DNA of 64,000 nt from an uncultured Eubacteriales bacterium. Lineage in GTDB: Bacteria; Acidobacteriota; Aminicenantia; Aminicenantales; Saccharicenantaceae. Each line of letters opens with the position of its first letter. Within the stretch, counting starts at the first letter, position 1. Shown here in pieces: positions 52,449-61,172 of the stretch. Under the pieces are notes generated by a model, which searched no databases, was not told where the DNA came from, and saw only the letters and a program-made list of their open reading frames with translations. A program made the translations under genes and the position numbers. Location: assembly GCA_964408215.1 (NCBI GenBank), contig CAYOYQ010000001.1, positions 4,059-68,058 on the forward strand. The letters run 5' to 3'.

Positions 52449-53687
52449 ATGAGAGAACGCCGTTACCGCTCGATGCCCCCTGACGACGCCGTCGGCCGCC
52501 GCGACTTCCTGAAGGCCGGCGGAGCGATCGGCGCCGGCCTGGTCCTGGCCGGCCGCAGCCTGCTCGCGGCCCAGCAGACCGAGGGCCAGCAGCCCCCGGC
52601 CAAACCGCCGGCCCGGCCGCCGCGGCCGAAGACCAATATCGAGGACGCCCTCAAGGTCTCCCGGACGAAGTGGAGCCTGCCCGGGCCGTTCCCGGGCCGG
52701 GTGGTCGAGGTCCACGATCCCGCGGCCATGCCCGACGGCAAGGTCGACGCCGCCGTGGTCAAGGCCATGGTCGAGAGAGGGATCCGCGGGCTCACGGGGA
52801 AGAGCCTGAAGAAGAGCTTCGGCCTGTTCTTAACCAAGACGGACGTCGTCGGGCTCAAGGTCAACCCCGTCGGGCCGGGCCTCATCAGCACCCGGCTCGA
52901 GCTCGTCGACGCCGTCATCGACTGGCTCGTCTCCTGCGGCCTGCCGCGGCGGAACATCGTCATCTGGGACCGCTTCGACTACATGCTCACGGACGCCGGG
53001 TTCACGGCCGAGCGGTATCCGGGCATCGCGATCGAGGGCCTGCAGACCATGGACGAGGCGGCCGCCGAGGGCAAGACCCAGGACAACAGCAAGTGGCTCA
53101 AGCCCGACGGGACCCATGTCAGCGTCCCCAATTTCGACCAGGAGGTCTTCTATTGGGCCGACGTCGAGGGCCCCAAGGACCTGCCCTACCTCAACCAGCA
53201 CGTCTTCAACGGCAAGCACTCCTACTTCGGCAGGCTGCTGACGAAGAAGCTGACGAAATTCATCAACCTGCCCGTGTTCAAGAACTCCGGCAATGCCATC
53301 TCCATGGCCACCAAGAATATCGGCTACGGCGCCGTCTGCAACACGAACCGGCTCCACGCGCCCCTGTTCCTCGACGTCTGCGTCGAGGTCCCCGCCTTCT
53401 GGCCCGTGCGCGACAAGATGGTCCTCAACATCACCGACGGCCTGCGCTCGCAGTACGACGGCGGCCCGGACAAGAACGCCAAGTTCGCCTACATCGACAA
53501 CCGGCTGTTTTTCGCTTCCGACCCGTTCGCCCTGGACATGGTCTGTCACAACCGGATCGTGGCCAAGCGCAAGGAGATGGGGGTCGCGGTCAACGAGAAC
53601 CCCCGCTTCACCGACTATCTCCGCTACGCCGAGAAGCTCGGGCTGGGCGTCGTCGACCCGGCCAAGATCGCGCATGTCAAAGCTTAG
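52449..53687 (+). CDS. DUF362-family protein with a twin-arginine signal
   Basis: 412 aa. GRRDFLKAGGAIGAGLVLAG (Tat motif). VVGLKVNPVGPG... core typical of DUF362. Confidence 0.7.
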   Translation: MRERRYRSMPPDDAVGRRDFLKAGGAIGAGLVLAGRSLLAAQQTEGQQPPAKPPARPPRPKTNIEDALKVSRTKWSLPGPFPGRVVEVHDPAAMPDGKVDAAVVKAMVERGIRGLTGKSLKKSFGLFLTKTDVVGLKVNPVGPGLISTRLELVDAVIDWLVSCGLPRRNIVIWDRFDYMLTDAGFTAERYPGIAIEGLQTMDEAAAEGKTQDNSKWLKPDGTHVSVPNFDQEVFYWADVEGPKDLPYLNQHVFNGKHSYFGRLLTKKLTKFINLPVFKNSGNAISMATKNIGYGAVCNTNRLHAPLFLDVCVEVPAFWPVRDKMVLNITDGLRSQYDGGPDKNAKFAYIDNRLFFASDPFALDMVCHNRIVAKRKEMGVAVNENPRFTDYLRYAEKLGLGVVDPAKIAHVKA

Positions 53688-54540
53688 CGCGTCCGCGGCG
53701 CTCGTCCTGGCCCTGGCCGGGACGCTCGCTGCCCAGCCGCAGGTCCCCGGCCCGGCCTTCGCGCCCGGGTGGGCCGCGTCCGGGACGCTCCGGACGTTCG
53801 TCGGCCAGGACCTCTTCAACCAGATCGACGGCGGAGCCGAGATCTTCCTGGAGTTCGGGTTCACGGCCCTCCGCATCCAGGCCTATGCCCGGGACAAAGC
53901 CGAACTGACCCTCAGCGCCTACGAAATGGAAAGCGCGGCCTCGGCTCTCGGGATCTATCTGATGCGCATGGGCCGGGAGACGCCGTTCGCCGAGGTGGCC
54001 GCCCGCAACTCGAGCGAGGATGTCCAGCTGACCATCGTCAAGGGCCGCTTTTTCATCCAGGTGGACAACCTCGGGGAAACGCCCGCGCCGCGCGCCGACG
54101 CGGCGGCCCTGGCCAACGCCTTCCTGGCGGGGGTGGCGGACGAGACCGAAAAGACCCCGCTCGACCTTTTGCCGGCCGGAGGGAAGGTCGCCGGGTCCGA
54201 GCGGCTCATCCGCGGTCCCTACGGCCTTCAGCCGTATTTCACCTTCGGCGAAGGGGACATCCTGTCGCTCGGCGGCAAGATCTTCGGCGCTCTGTCCGCA
54301 TATCAGACGCCCGACGGCTTGTCGTTCACCCGGCTCATCATCCCTTATCCCGGTCCGGAAGCGGCGGCGGCCGCGCGGGCCCATCTCCAAGCCAACCTCG
54401 ATCCCTACTTGAAAGTCACCGCCACCCGCGCCGACGGCTTCGATTTCGTCGATTACGAGGCGAAAAAGGGATCGGTCGCGCTCGCGGGGGCCGTTCTGGA
54501 AATCCGGTTCGGCCTCCCCGGCGGCGGCCGGAGACCCTGA
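53674..54540 (+). CDS. Hypothetical secreted protein
   Basis: 288 aa with signal peptide MSKLSASAALVLALAGTLAAQ. It overlaps the upstream gene by 14 nt. No family recognised. Confidence 0.55.
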   Translation: MSKLSASAALVLALAGTLAAQPQVPGPAFAPGWAASGTLRTFVGQDLFNQIDGGAEIFLEFGFTALRIQAYARDKAELTLSAYEMESAASALGIYLMRMGRETPFAEVAARNSSEDVQLTIVKGRFFIQVDNLGETPAPRADAAALANAFLAGVADETEKTPLDLLPAGGKVAGSERLIRGPYGLQPYFTFGEGDILSLGGKIFGALSAYQTPDGLSFTRLIIPYPGPEAAAAARAHLQANLDPYLKVTATRADGFDFVDYEAKKGSVALAGAVLEIRFGLPGGGRRP

Positions 54541-54553
54541 CGAGGAGAGTCGA

Positions 54554-55987
54554 ATGAGAACGCGCTGGATAACCCTGATCTGCCTCGCCGGCGTGCTCTC
54601 GTCGGCGGTCCCCGCGACGGCCCAGACCGATGAGACGACCTACGTCCGGCCGAAGGAGCCGGCTGTCCGGGCCAACCTCGAAAAATGGCAAGGCTACAAG
54701 TTCGGGCTGCTCATCCACATGGGCCTCTATTCCGAGCTCGGGACGGTCGAATCCTGGGGCCTTTGCCCGGAAGACTGGGTCACCCGGCCGGGCTTCGACG
54801 ATTACTACGCCTACGCCGCCCACTACCGCGGCACGAAAGCCCGCTTCAACCCCGCCGGTTTCGACCCGGCCCGGTGGGCCCGGGCGTTCAAGGGCTCGGG
54901 CGCGAGGTACGTCATCACCAGCACCAAGCATCACGACGGCTTCTGCCTCTTCGACACCAAGTACACCGATTTCAAGGTCACCGATCCCGGCTGTCCTTTC
55001 TCCTCGAACCCCAAGGCCAACGTCTACAGGGAGGTCCTGAGCGCGTGCCGGAACGAGGGCCTTGTCGTCGGGGCCTATTTCTCCAAACCCGACTGGACCT
55101 CGCCCTATTTCTGGTGGCCCTATTATCCGCCGAAGGACCGGAACCCGACCTACGACATCACCAAGCATCCCGAGCGCTGGCGGAAGTTCGTCGAATACAC
55201 CCACAACCAGATCGCCGAGATCACCGAGGACTACGGGCCGGTCGACATCCTCTGGCTCGACGGCTGCTGGGTCCTGCCGAAGTCGGCCATCACGGAGAAG
55301 GTGGCCGAGTTCTGCAAGTACCCGTACGACATGGACATCGACATGAAGGCGATCGCCGAGCGGGCCCGCCGGACGAACCCCGGCATGCTCGTCGTCGACC
55401 GCTGGGTCCAGGGCGAATACGAGAACTACCTCACCCCGGAGCAGCGAACTCCCGAGAAGCCGCTGGCCGTGCCCTGGGAGAGCTGCCTGACCATGGGCAA
55501 CGCCTGGGGCTGGGTGCCGAACGACCGCTACAAGTCCGGCCGCGAGCTCGTCCAGCTCCTCGTCCGGATCGTGGCCAAGGGCGGGAACCTGCTCCTCGGC
55601 GTCGGGCCGAGCGGGAAAGGGGAGTTCGAGCCGGCCGTCTACGAGCGCCTGGAGGCGATGGGCCGCTGGCTCGGGGCGAACGGCGAGGCCATCTACGGGA
55701 CCCGGCCGGTCGCGCCCTATCAAGACGGGCCTATCGCCTACACCGCCAAGGGAGACACGACGGTCTACGCCATTTATCTCACCGGGGACAAAGAGACCGT
55801 TCTGCCCGAGTCTCTCGATATCAAGACGGGCCTCGCCGGCCCGGTGCGGGTGACGGAGCTTTCGACCTCGAAAACGCTCAGCCATAAAGTCGAGGCGGGC
55901 GGCCTCCGCGTCGCCCTGCCGGGATCCCTGCGAAAATCCTTGGCCGCCCAAGAAGCGGTCGTGCTCAAGATCTCTCGCCGCTCTTAA
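54554..55987 (+). CDS. Alpha-L-fucosidase (GH29)
   Basis: 477 aa with a signal peptide. KFGLLIHMGLYS..., ARYVITSTKHHDGFCLFDTKYTDFKV, ILWLDGCW, typical GH29 motifs. Confidence 0.9.
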   Translation: MRTRWITLICLAGVLSSAVPATAQTDETTYVRPKEPAVRANLEKWQGYKFGLLIHMGLYSELGTVESWGLCPEDWVTRPGFDDYYAYAAHYRGTKARFNPAGFDPARWARAFKGSGARYVITSTKHHDGFCLFDTKYTDFKVTDPGCPFSSNPKANVYREVLSACRNEGLVVGAYFSKPDWTSPYFWWPYYPPKDRNPTYDITKHPERWRKFVEYTHNQIAEITEDYGPVDILWLDGCWVLPKSAITEKVAEFCKYPYDMDIDMKAIAERARRTNPGMLVVDRWVQGEYENYLTPEQRTPEKPLAVPWESCLTMGNAWGWVPNDRYKSGRELVQLLVRIVAKGGNLLLGVGPSGKGEFEPAVYERLEAMGRWLGANGEAIYGTRPVAPYQDGPIAYTAKGDTTVYAIYLTGDKETVLPESLDIKTGLAGPVRVTELSTSKTLSHKVEAGGLRVALPGSLRKSLAAQEAVVLKISRRS

Positions 55988-56001
55988 CGGAGGTCAAGCC
56001 C

Positions 56002-57165
56002 ATGAGTTCTTTGTCACGACGGAGATTCCTCGGCGTCGCGGCGGCGGGGACCGCTGCCTTCCTCGGGTCGGCGGGCCCGTCCTCCGCCGGGGCGAAGGAG
56101 GGGCCGGGTCCCAAGGTCGCGCTCATCCACACGACCGACCTCTACCGCCCCCACATCGATCCGGACGACCACTTCGACCTGGCCACGGCGTTCGCCCTGG
56201 CCGCCGGGGGTCGGTTCGAGCTTCTGGCGGTCATGATCGATCACCCGCCCGCGGGCGCCGCCGTCGATCCGGACGTTCAGGCCGTGGCCCAGCTCTCCCG
56301 GATCTCGGGCCTGGCCGTGCCGGTCCTGACCGGGACGCGCCGGCGCCTGAGCCCCGAAGAGGCGTCGCTTCCCGAGCACCGCGAGGACGCCGCCGGGGTG
56401 AGGGCCCTGCTGGAAGTCCTTCGCGCCTCGACCCGGCCCGTGTTCATCTCGATCGTAGGTTCGACCCGCGACGTGGCTCTGGCCGGGCGGTTGGAGCCGA
56501 AGCTCTTCGCCGCGAAGTGCGCCGGGATCCTGCTCAACGCCGGATCGGGCACGCCCGACAAGATCAAGGCGGCCCGCCTCGAATACAACGTCAACCTGGA
56601 CCCGGTCTCTTACGCCGCCATCTTCGACCTGCCCTGCCGGCTGTACTGGCTGCCGTGCTTCGAGGTCGCGCCGGGCGGCGGCGTCCCCTTCGCCTCGGGC
56701 GAATACGGGACCTATTACCGCTTTCTCCAGAGGGACCTCTTTTCGCGGTTGTCCCCCCGCCTACAGAACTATTTCTCGTTCATGCTCAAGCAGGGCGACT
56801 CGGACCGGGCTCATCAATCCGAGGCCGACGCCCTTCGTCCGAGCTGGCTGCGGACGCTCGAGGCGCCGCCCGACCGGGCCCTCCTCGAACGCCAGGGCGC
56901 CCTTTACCGGAACATGTGGTCGACCGCCGGGTTCTTTCAGGCCGCCGGCATGACCGTGTCAACGACGGGCCTGACGATCGGGCGCTCCGAGGCGGCCCAG
57001 GTCTATACGTTCGATCCCATCCGGGTGACGTGCGGCGCGGACGGGATCACCGAATGGTCGGACGATCCCCGCTCGCGGGACCGGTTCATCTTCCACATCC
57101 GCCAACGGGACAATTATCCGGCGGCCATGACTGCGGCGCTCATCGAGCTCCTGAGCGGGCTCTAA
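56002..57165 (+). CDS. Tat-signal hypothetical protein (possibly a nucleoside-hydrolase-like fold)
   Basis: 387 aa. SRRRFLGVAAAG Tat motif. VALIHTTDLYRPHIDPDDHFDLA is reminiscent of DPDD-containing nucleoside-hydrolase-like domains. The family call is weak. Confidence 0.5.
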   Translation: MSSLSRRRFLGVAAAGTAAFLGSAGPSSAGAKEGPGPKVALIHTTDLYRPHIDPDDHFDLATAFALAAGGRFELLAVMIDHPPAGAAVDPDVQAVAQLSRISGLAVPVLTGTRRRLSPEEASLPEHREDAAGVRALLEVLRASTRPVFISIVGSTRDVALAGRLEPKLFAAKCAGILLNAGSGTPDKIKAARLEYNVNLDPVSYAAIFDLPCRLYWLPCFEVAPGGGVPFASGEYGTYYRFLQRDLFSRLSPRLQNYFSFMLKQGDSDRAHQSEADALRPSWLRTLEAPPDRALLERQGALYRNMWSTAGFFQAAGMTVSTTGLTIGRSEAAQVYTFDPIRVTCGADGITEWSDDPRSRDRFIFHIRQRDNYPAAMTAALIELLSGL

Positions 57166-57176
57166 GGAGGAAACAG

Positions 57177-57830
57177 ATGGACACAAAGCTGAGTCTGGCC
57201 GAGGAGCTGCTCCTGCTGGCCCTGAACGACGAGAAGGGGACAGTTCTCATGCGGGCCTCGACGGCCCTGCCCTACGGATTGGCCGGCGCGCTTCTCATCG
57301 AGCTCGCGGGGGCCGGCCTCGTCCGCCTCGAGGGGAAGGTCCTCGTCGCGGAGGCGCGCGGCTCGGCCCGGGACGGGCTCCTCGACGGGATCCTCGAGAA
57401 GGTCCGCGCCTCTAAGAAGCCGCGGACGATCGGCCACTGGGTCACGAAGCTCGGGTTTGCCGGCGGGAAGCTGAAGAGGGAACTCCTCGACCGGCTCGTC
57501 GCAAAGAGGGTGCTCGGCCGGGATGAGGGCCGCGTCCTCTGGATCTTCCCGACGGCGCGTTACCCTCAAACCGACGGCCGGCCCGAATACGCGATCCGGG
57601 AGCGGATCCGCTCCGCCCTCCGCGGCATGTCCCGGCCCGACGAACGCACGGCCGCGCTGATCAGCCTGGCCCAGCCGTGCGATCTCATCGGGATGCTCTT
57701 CGAAAAGGGGGAGCGGCGGGACGCCGCGAAACGGGCCAAGGAGATCACCAAGAGCCACCCGATCGGCGGCGCCGTCGCCAAGGCCATCGAAGCGGTCAAG
57801 GCGGCGGTCATCGCGGCCGCCGGGTCGTGA
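57177..57830 (+). CDS. GPP34/GOLPH3-like family protein
   Basis: 217 aa: LSLAEELLLLALNDEKG...YGLAGALLIELA...GRV..., the characteristic GPP34 N-terminal pattern. AAGGAGGA RBS. Confidence 0.75.
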   Translation: MDTKLSLAEELLLLALNDEKGTVLMRASTALPYGLAGALLIELAGAGLVRLEGKVLVAEARGSARDGLLDGILEKVRASKKPRTIGHWVTKLGFAGGKLKRELLDRLVAKRVLGRDEGRVLWIFPTARYPQTDGRPEYAIRERIRSALRGMSRPDERTAALISLAQPCDLIGMLFEKGERRDAAKRAKEITKSHPIGGAVAKAIEAVKAAVIAAAGS

Positions 57831-57831
57831 C

Positions 57832-59253
57832 ATGAGCCAGGTCGTCCCCCGCATCACCGTGCTCGACGGCGACGGCATCGCCCGCGTGCACGCCGCCTCG
57901 CTGGAGATCCTGTCCAAGACCGGCGTGCGCGTGGATTCGCCGGCGGCCCGGGCGCTGTTCGTCAAAGCGGGCTGCGCGTCCGGCGACGGCGGCCGGATCC
58001 TCATCCCGGCCGGCCTGGTCGAATGGGCCCTGAAGGCGGCGCCGTCCGCGATCGACGTGTTCGACCGGGCCGGAGCGCCCGCCTTCACGCTCGGGCCCGG
58101 CGGGGGAGGCACGCGGTTCGGCGTCGGCGTCACCAACCTGTTCTACCAGGATCCGCTCACGGACGCGGTCGTGCCGTTCACGCGCGAGCACATGGCCGCT
58201 TCGACGAGGCTGGGCGACGCGCTGCAGGGGATGGACGTTGTCTCGACCATCGGCGTTCTCCGCGACCTCCCGCCCGAGACGGCCGACCTTTACGCCAGCC
58301 TCGAGATGGCGGCCAACACGGCCAAGCCGCTGGTCCTCCTCGTTTCCGAATCGGCCGCCTTCGAGCCCGCGCTGGACATGCTCGAGGCGCTCGGCGCCGG
58401 ACGGCCGGAAAAGCCGTCCGTCATCCCGTATTTCAACCCGGTCTCGCCGCTCGTCATCAACACGGGGACGAGCGACAAGATGGCCGCGTCCATCGCCCGG
58501 GGCCTGCCGGTCATTTATTCCAACTACGGCATGTCGGGGGCGACGACGCCCATCACCCCGGCAGGGACACTGGCCCTCCTCAACGCGGAGCTCCTGGCCG
58601 GCCTCGTCCTGTCCCAGCTCATGAGAGAGGGGGCGGCGGTCATCCTGGGCATCCTGCCGGCCGGCTTCGACATGGGCACGGCGGTGAGCTTCTACGGCCC
58701 CGAGACGATGCTGCTCAACCTGGCCTGCGCCGAGATGATGGCTCACTACCGGCTGCCGCACTGCGGCACGTCGGGGAGCGGCGCCGGCTGGGGAGCGGAT
58801 CTCTTAGCCGCGGACCTTTTCTGGATGAACCACCTGACCTCGTGCCTGGGGGCGGTCGGGCTGGCGCCGTTCGTCGGCGGCAATTTCGACTCCCTGGCCT
58901 TCTCGCCGGCGGCCGCTGTTTACGCCGACCACGTCATCGGCCAGGCGCGCCGCTTCGCGGCCGGGTTCGCTCTCGACGACGGGTCGCTCGGCCTCGACGA
59001 GATCGCCGAGGTCGGGCCGGGCGGCAACTTCCTCATGGCGGAGGCGACTTTGAAGCTGTTCCGCGAGGCGGCCTTCCGGAGCCCCGTCTTCCCGCGCTTG
59101 AGCCTGGACGCGTGGCAGGAGCGGGGGAGCCCCCGGGCCGACGACCTCCTGCGCAAGCAGACCGTGGAGCTGATGGCGACCCATCCCGCGCCCGCGGACC
59201 GGGCCGACCTCCTGGCCCGCGGCGAGGCCTTCATCGCCCGGCTCGGCCGCTGA
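57832..59253 (+). CDS. MttB-superfamily methyltransferase, non-pyrrolysine type
   Basis: 473 aa uninterrupted ORF. LDGDGIARVHAASLEILSKTGVRVDSPAARALF is the family N-terminus. It starts 1 nt after the GPP34 stop. Confidence 0.85.
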   Translation: MSQVVPRITVLDGDGIARVHAASLEILSKTGVRVDSPAARALFVKAGCASGDGGRILIPAGLVEWALKAAPSAIDVFDRAGAPAFTLGPGGGGTRFGVGVTNLFYQDPLTDAVVPFTREHMAASTRLGDALQGMDVVSTIGVLRDLPPETADLYASLEMAANTAKPLVLLVSESAAFEPALDMLEALGAGRPEKPSVIPYFNPVSPLVINTGTSDKMAASIARGLPVIYSNYGMSGATTPITPAGTLALLNAELLAGLVLSQLMREGAAVILGILPAGFDMGTAVSFYGPETMLLNLACAEMMAHYRLPHCGTSGSGAGWGADLLAADLFWMNHLTSCLGAVGLAPFVGGNFDSLAFSPAAAVYADHVIGQARRFAAGFALDDGSLGLDEIAEVGPGGNFLMAEATLKLFREAAFRSPVFPRLSLDAWQERGSPRADDLLRKQTVELMATHPAPADRADLLARGEAFIARLGR

Positions 59254-59336
59254 CCGCCGTCGCGCTCGCGCGGGCTTCCGGCGTTCCCCCGACGGTGATG
59301 CGCGCGCGGCGGCCCCCGCCGCCGGCCGGTCCGGTC

Positions 59337-60263
59337 CTACTTGATGTTCTTCAGGATGCTCGTCTGGGTCTCTGTGACTTCCTTGCGGACTTCCCCCATA
59401 ACGCCGAACAGTTCACCTGCCCGTTCTTTGCCCCGGGTCATTTCCCGGCAGATTTCGGCGTAATAGCCGCACCGCTTGAGGCATTCAGACCGGGCCCTTT
59501 CTTGGGCCGCTCGGGCGGGCGAGCCTTCGGGGGCGGTCACCGGGTTCTTCTTGGCGCAGCAGTCCTGGCACTGGGCGAGGTCGCATGATGTACAAAGGCC
59601 GGAGTTATCGGGCCGGAGCGCCTCCAGACGCGAGTTGTATTCGGCCTGACGGGCTTTGAGAAGGCCGCTGAGGTCCCGAAGCGCGTCCGCTTCGCGTCGG
59701 AGCTCCTGAGCGGCCTTGGACAGGCACTGCTTGTCCCGGTCGGGGACCGCCGAACCGGGAGAGATCCTGCCGAAGGACCCCTTGATGGCCACGAGGTCAC
59801 GGCGGATCGCCTTGATCTCATTGACGATCGCGCTCATCTGCCGCCCGGCCTCTCCTTCGATCCTCCGCATCTCCCGAACTCCCGCGATGGTCTCGAGCGA
59901 CGTCCCGCCCGACCGCGGCCCGGCGATCTGGCCGGCCGCGGTCTGAGACGATCCCGCCGCCGGGGCCGGCTTCACGGGGCCCGGCGTCGCGACGGTTTCT
60001 GCGATCTCCTTCTCCGCCTTCGAAGAGGCCTCGATCATCCTCCGTCCGGATTCCACGAAATCCTGGGCTATGCGGTTGACGCCTTGAAGCCTGGACGCGG
60101 CCTTTGTCAGCTCCTGGCAAAGACCGCTCAAGTTCTCCTGAGCCCCCTGAACAGTGGCCCGTTCCTGCTGGACCGTTTGAGGCGGCCCGGACGACGCTTC
60201 CGGGCCCCAGGCCTGAAGCGTGGCGAAGGCCAGAACGGCCGCGGCCGCGGCGACGCTTTTCAT
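59337..60263 (-). CDS. Hypothetical secreted coiled-coil protein with a Cys-rich C-terminal segment
   Basis: 308 aa with a signal peptide. The ATG overlaps the upstream TGA (ATGA), with a GGGAGGGA RBS. C-terminal LCTSCDLAQCQDCC...ECLKRCGYYAEIC. Confidence 0.55.
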   Translation of the reverse strand: MKSVAAAAAVLAFATLQAWGPEASSGPPQTVQQERATVQGAQENLSGLCQELTKAASRLQGVNRIAQDFVESGRRMIEASSKAEKEIAETVATPGPVKPAPAAGSSQTAAGQIAGPRSGGTSLETIAGVREMRRIEGEAGRQMSAIVNEIKAIRRDLVAIKGSFGRISPGSAVPDRDKQCLSKAAQELRREADALRDLSGLLKARQAEYNSRLEALRPDNSGLCTSCDLAQCQDCCAKKNPVTAPEGSPARAAQERARSECLKRCGYYAEICREMTRGKERAGELFGVMGEVRKEVTETQTSILKNIK

Positions 60264-61135
60264 TTCGATGTCCCTCCCTGCTTGACCAGCTCGACGCGGC
60301 GGTTCTTGGCCCGGCCTTCCTCGGCGTCGTTGGTCGTGACCGGGGCCAGGGGGCCCACACCGAAGGGCTTGAGGCGGTCCGGGGCGACGCCGTGCTTCGA
60401 CACCAGCTCCTTGACCACGGCTTCCGCTCGCTGCTGCGAGAGCTTCATGTTGTGGTCCAGGGCGCCCGTTGTGTCGGTGTGGCCGACGACGTAGAGCTTG
60501 AGAGCGGCGTCCTGGCCGAGGAGCTTGGCGATCTCCGTCAGGGCCGTTTCCGATTCGGGCTTGACGTCGGCCTTGTCGACGTCGAAGTAGATGCCGTAGA
60601 GGACGGCCTTGCCGGTCGCGCCGATGTCGGCGGCCATGGTCTTGGCGTCGGCCTCGACCTCCTGCCGCATCCGCTCCTTCTCGATGACGGTGAGCGTGTA
60701 GCCCTTGCCGTTCTGATTGATATAGATGCGGACGAAGATCTCGAGACCTTCCTTGGCGTAGCGGGCGTGCAGCTCCCCGCCGCCGATCTGGGTCCAGGAG
60801 TAGGTCTTGCCCCCGACCTTCTGGATGGCCGTTTCATAGTTGCGGATGATCTGCAGGGCAGTGGGCGAGCTCTCCCGGAACTCGTCCTTGACCTGGTAGC
60901 TGAGCCAGAACTTCTTCCCTTCGGCTGTGACCTTCGTCTTCCCCTGGGTCGCGGGGTCGTAGAACTCCTGGGCGTCGAAATCCCATTTCTTGCATTCGAC
61001 GAGAGCGTACTGCGGCATCCGCGTCAGGAACGGATGGTCCTGGCAGCCGGCCGCGTCCTTCTGGGCCCGGACGGGGGCCGCCGCGAGGGTCAGGGTCAAA
61101 ACAAGACCGGTCATGACGATGCGTGCTCTGGACAT
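60260..61135 (-). CDS. OmpA-family peptidoglycan-binding protein with an N-terminal DUF4892-like domain
   Basis: ATG at 61135, 9 nt after AAGGAGG. Signal peptide. The C-terminus has YFDVDKADVKPES...VVGHTDTTG...NMKLSQQRAEAV...NRRVELV (OmpA_C). Confidence 0.85.
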   Translation of the reverse strand: MSRARIVMTGLVLTLTLAAAPVRAQKDAAGCQDHPFLTRMPQYALVECKKWDFDAQEFYDPATQGKTKVTAEGKKFWLSYQVKDEFRESSPTALQIIRNYETAIQKVGGKTYSWTQIGGGELHARYAKEGLEIFVRIYINQNGKGYTLTVIEKERMRQEVEADAKTMAADIGATGKAVLYGIYFDVDKADVKPESETALTEIAKLLGQDAALKLYVVGHTDTTGALDHNMKLSQQRAEAVVKELVSKHGVAPDRLKPFGVGPLAPVTTNDAEEGRAKNRRVELVKQGGTSK

Positions 61136-61172
61136 GTTCGCCAACCTCCTTTGATCTCGAGCGCCGTCGCGC

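Noticed and set aside
57832-59253. Pyrrolysine (in-frame TAG) recoding in the MttB homologue
   Set aside because: The ORF is uninterrupted over 473 codons with no internal TAG. It is a non-Pyl member of the superfamily.
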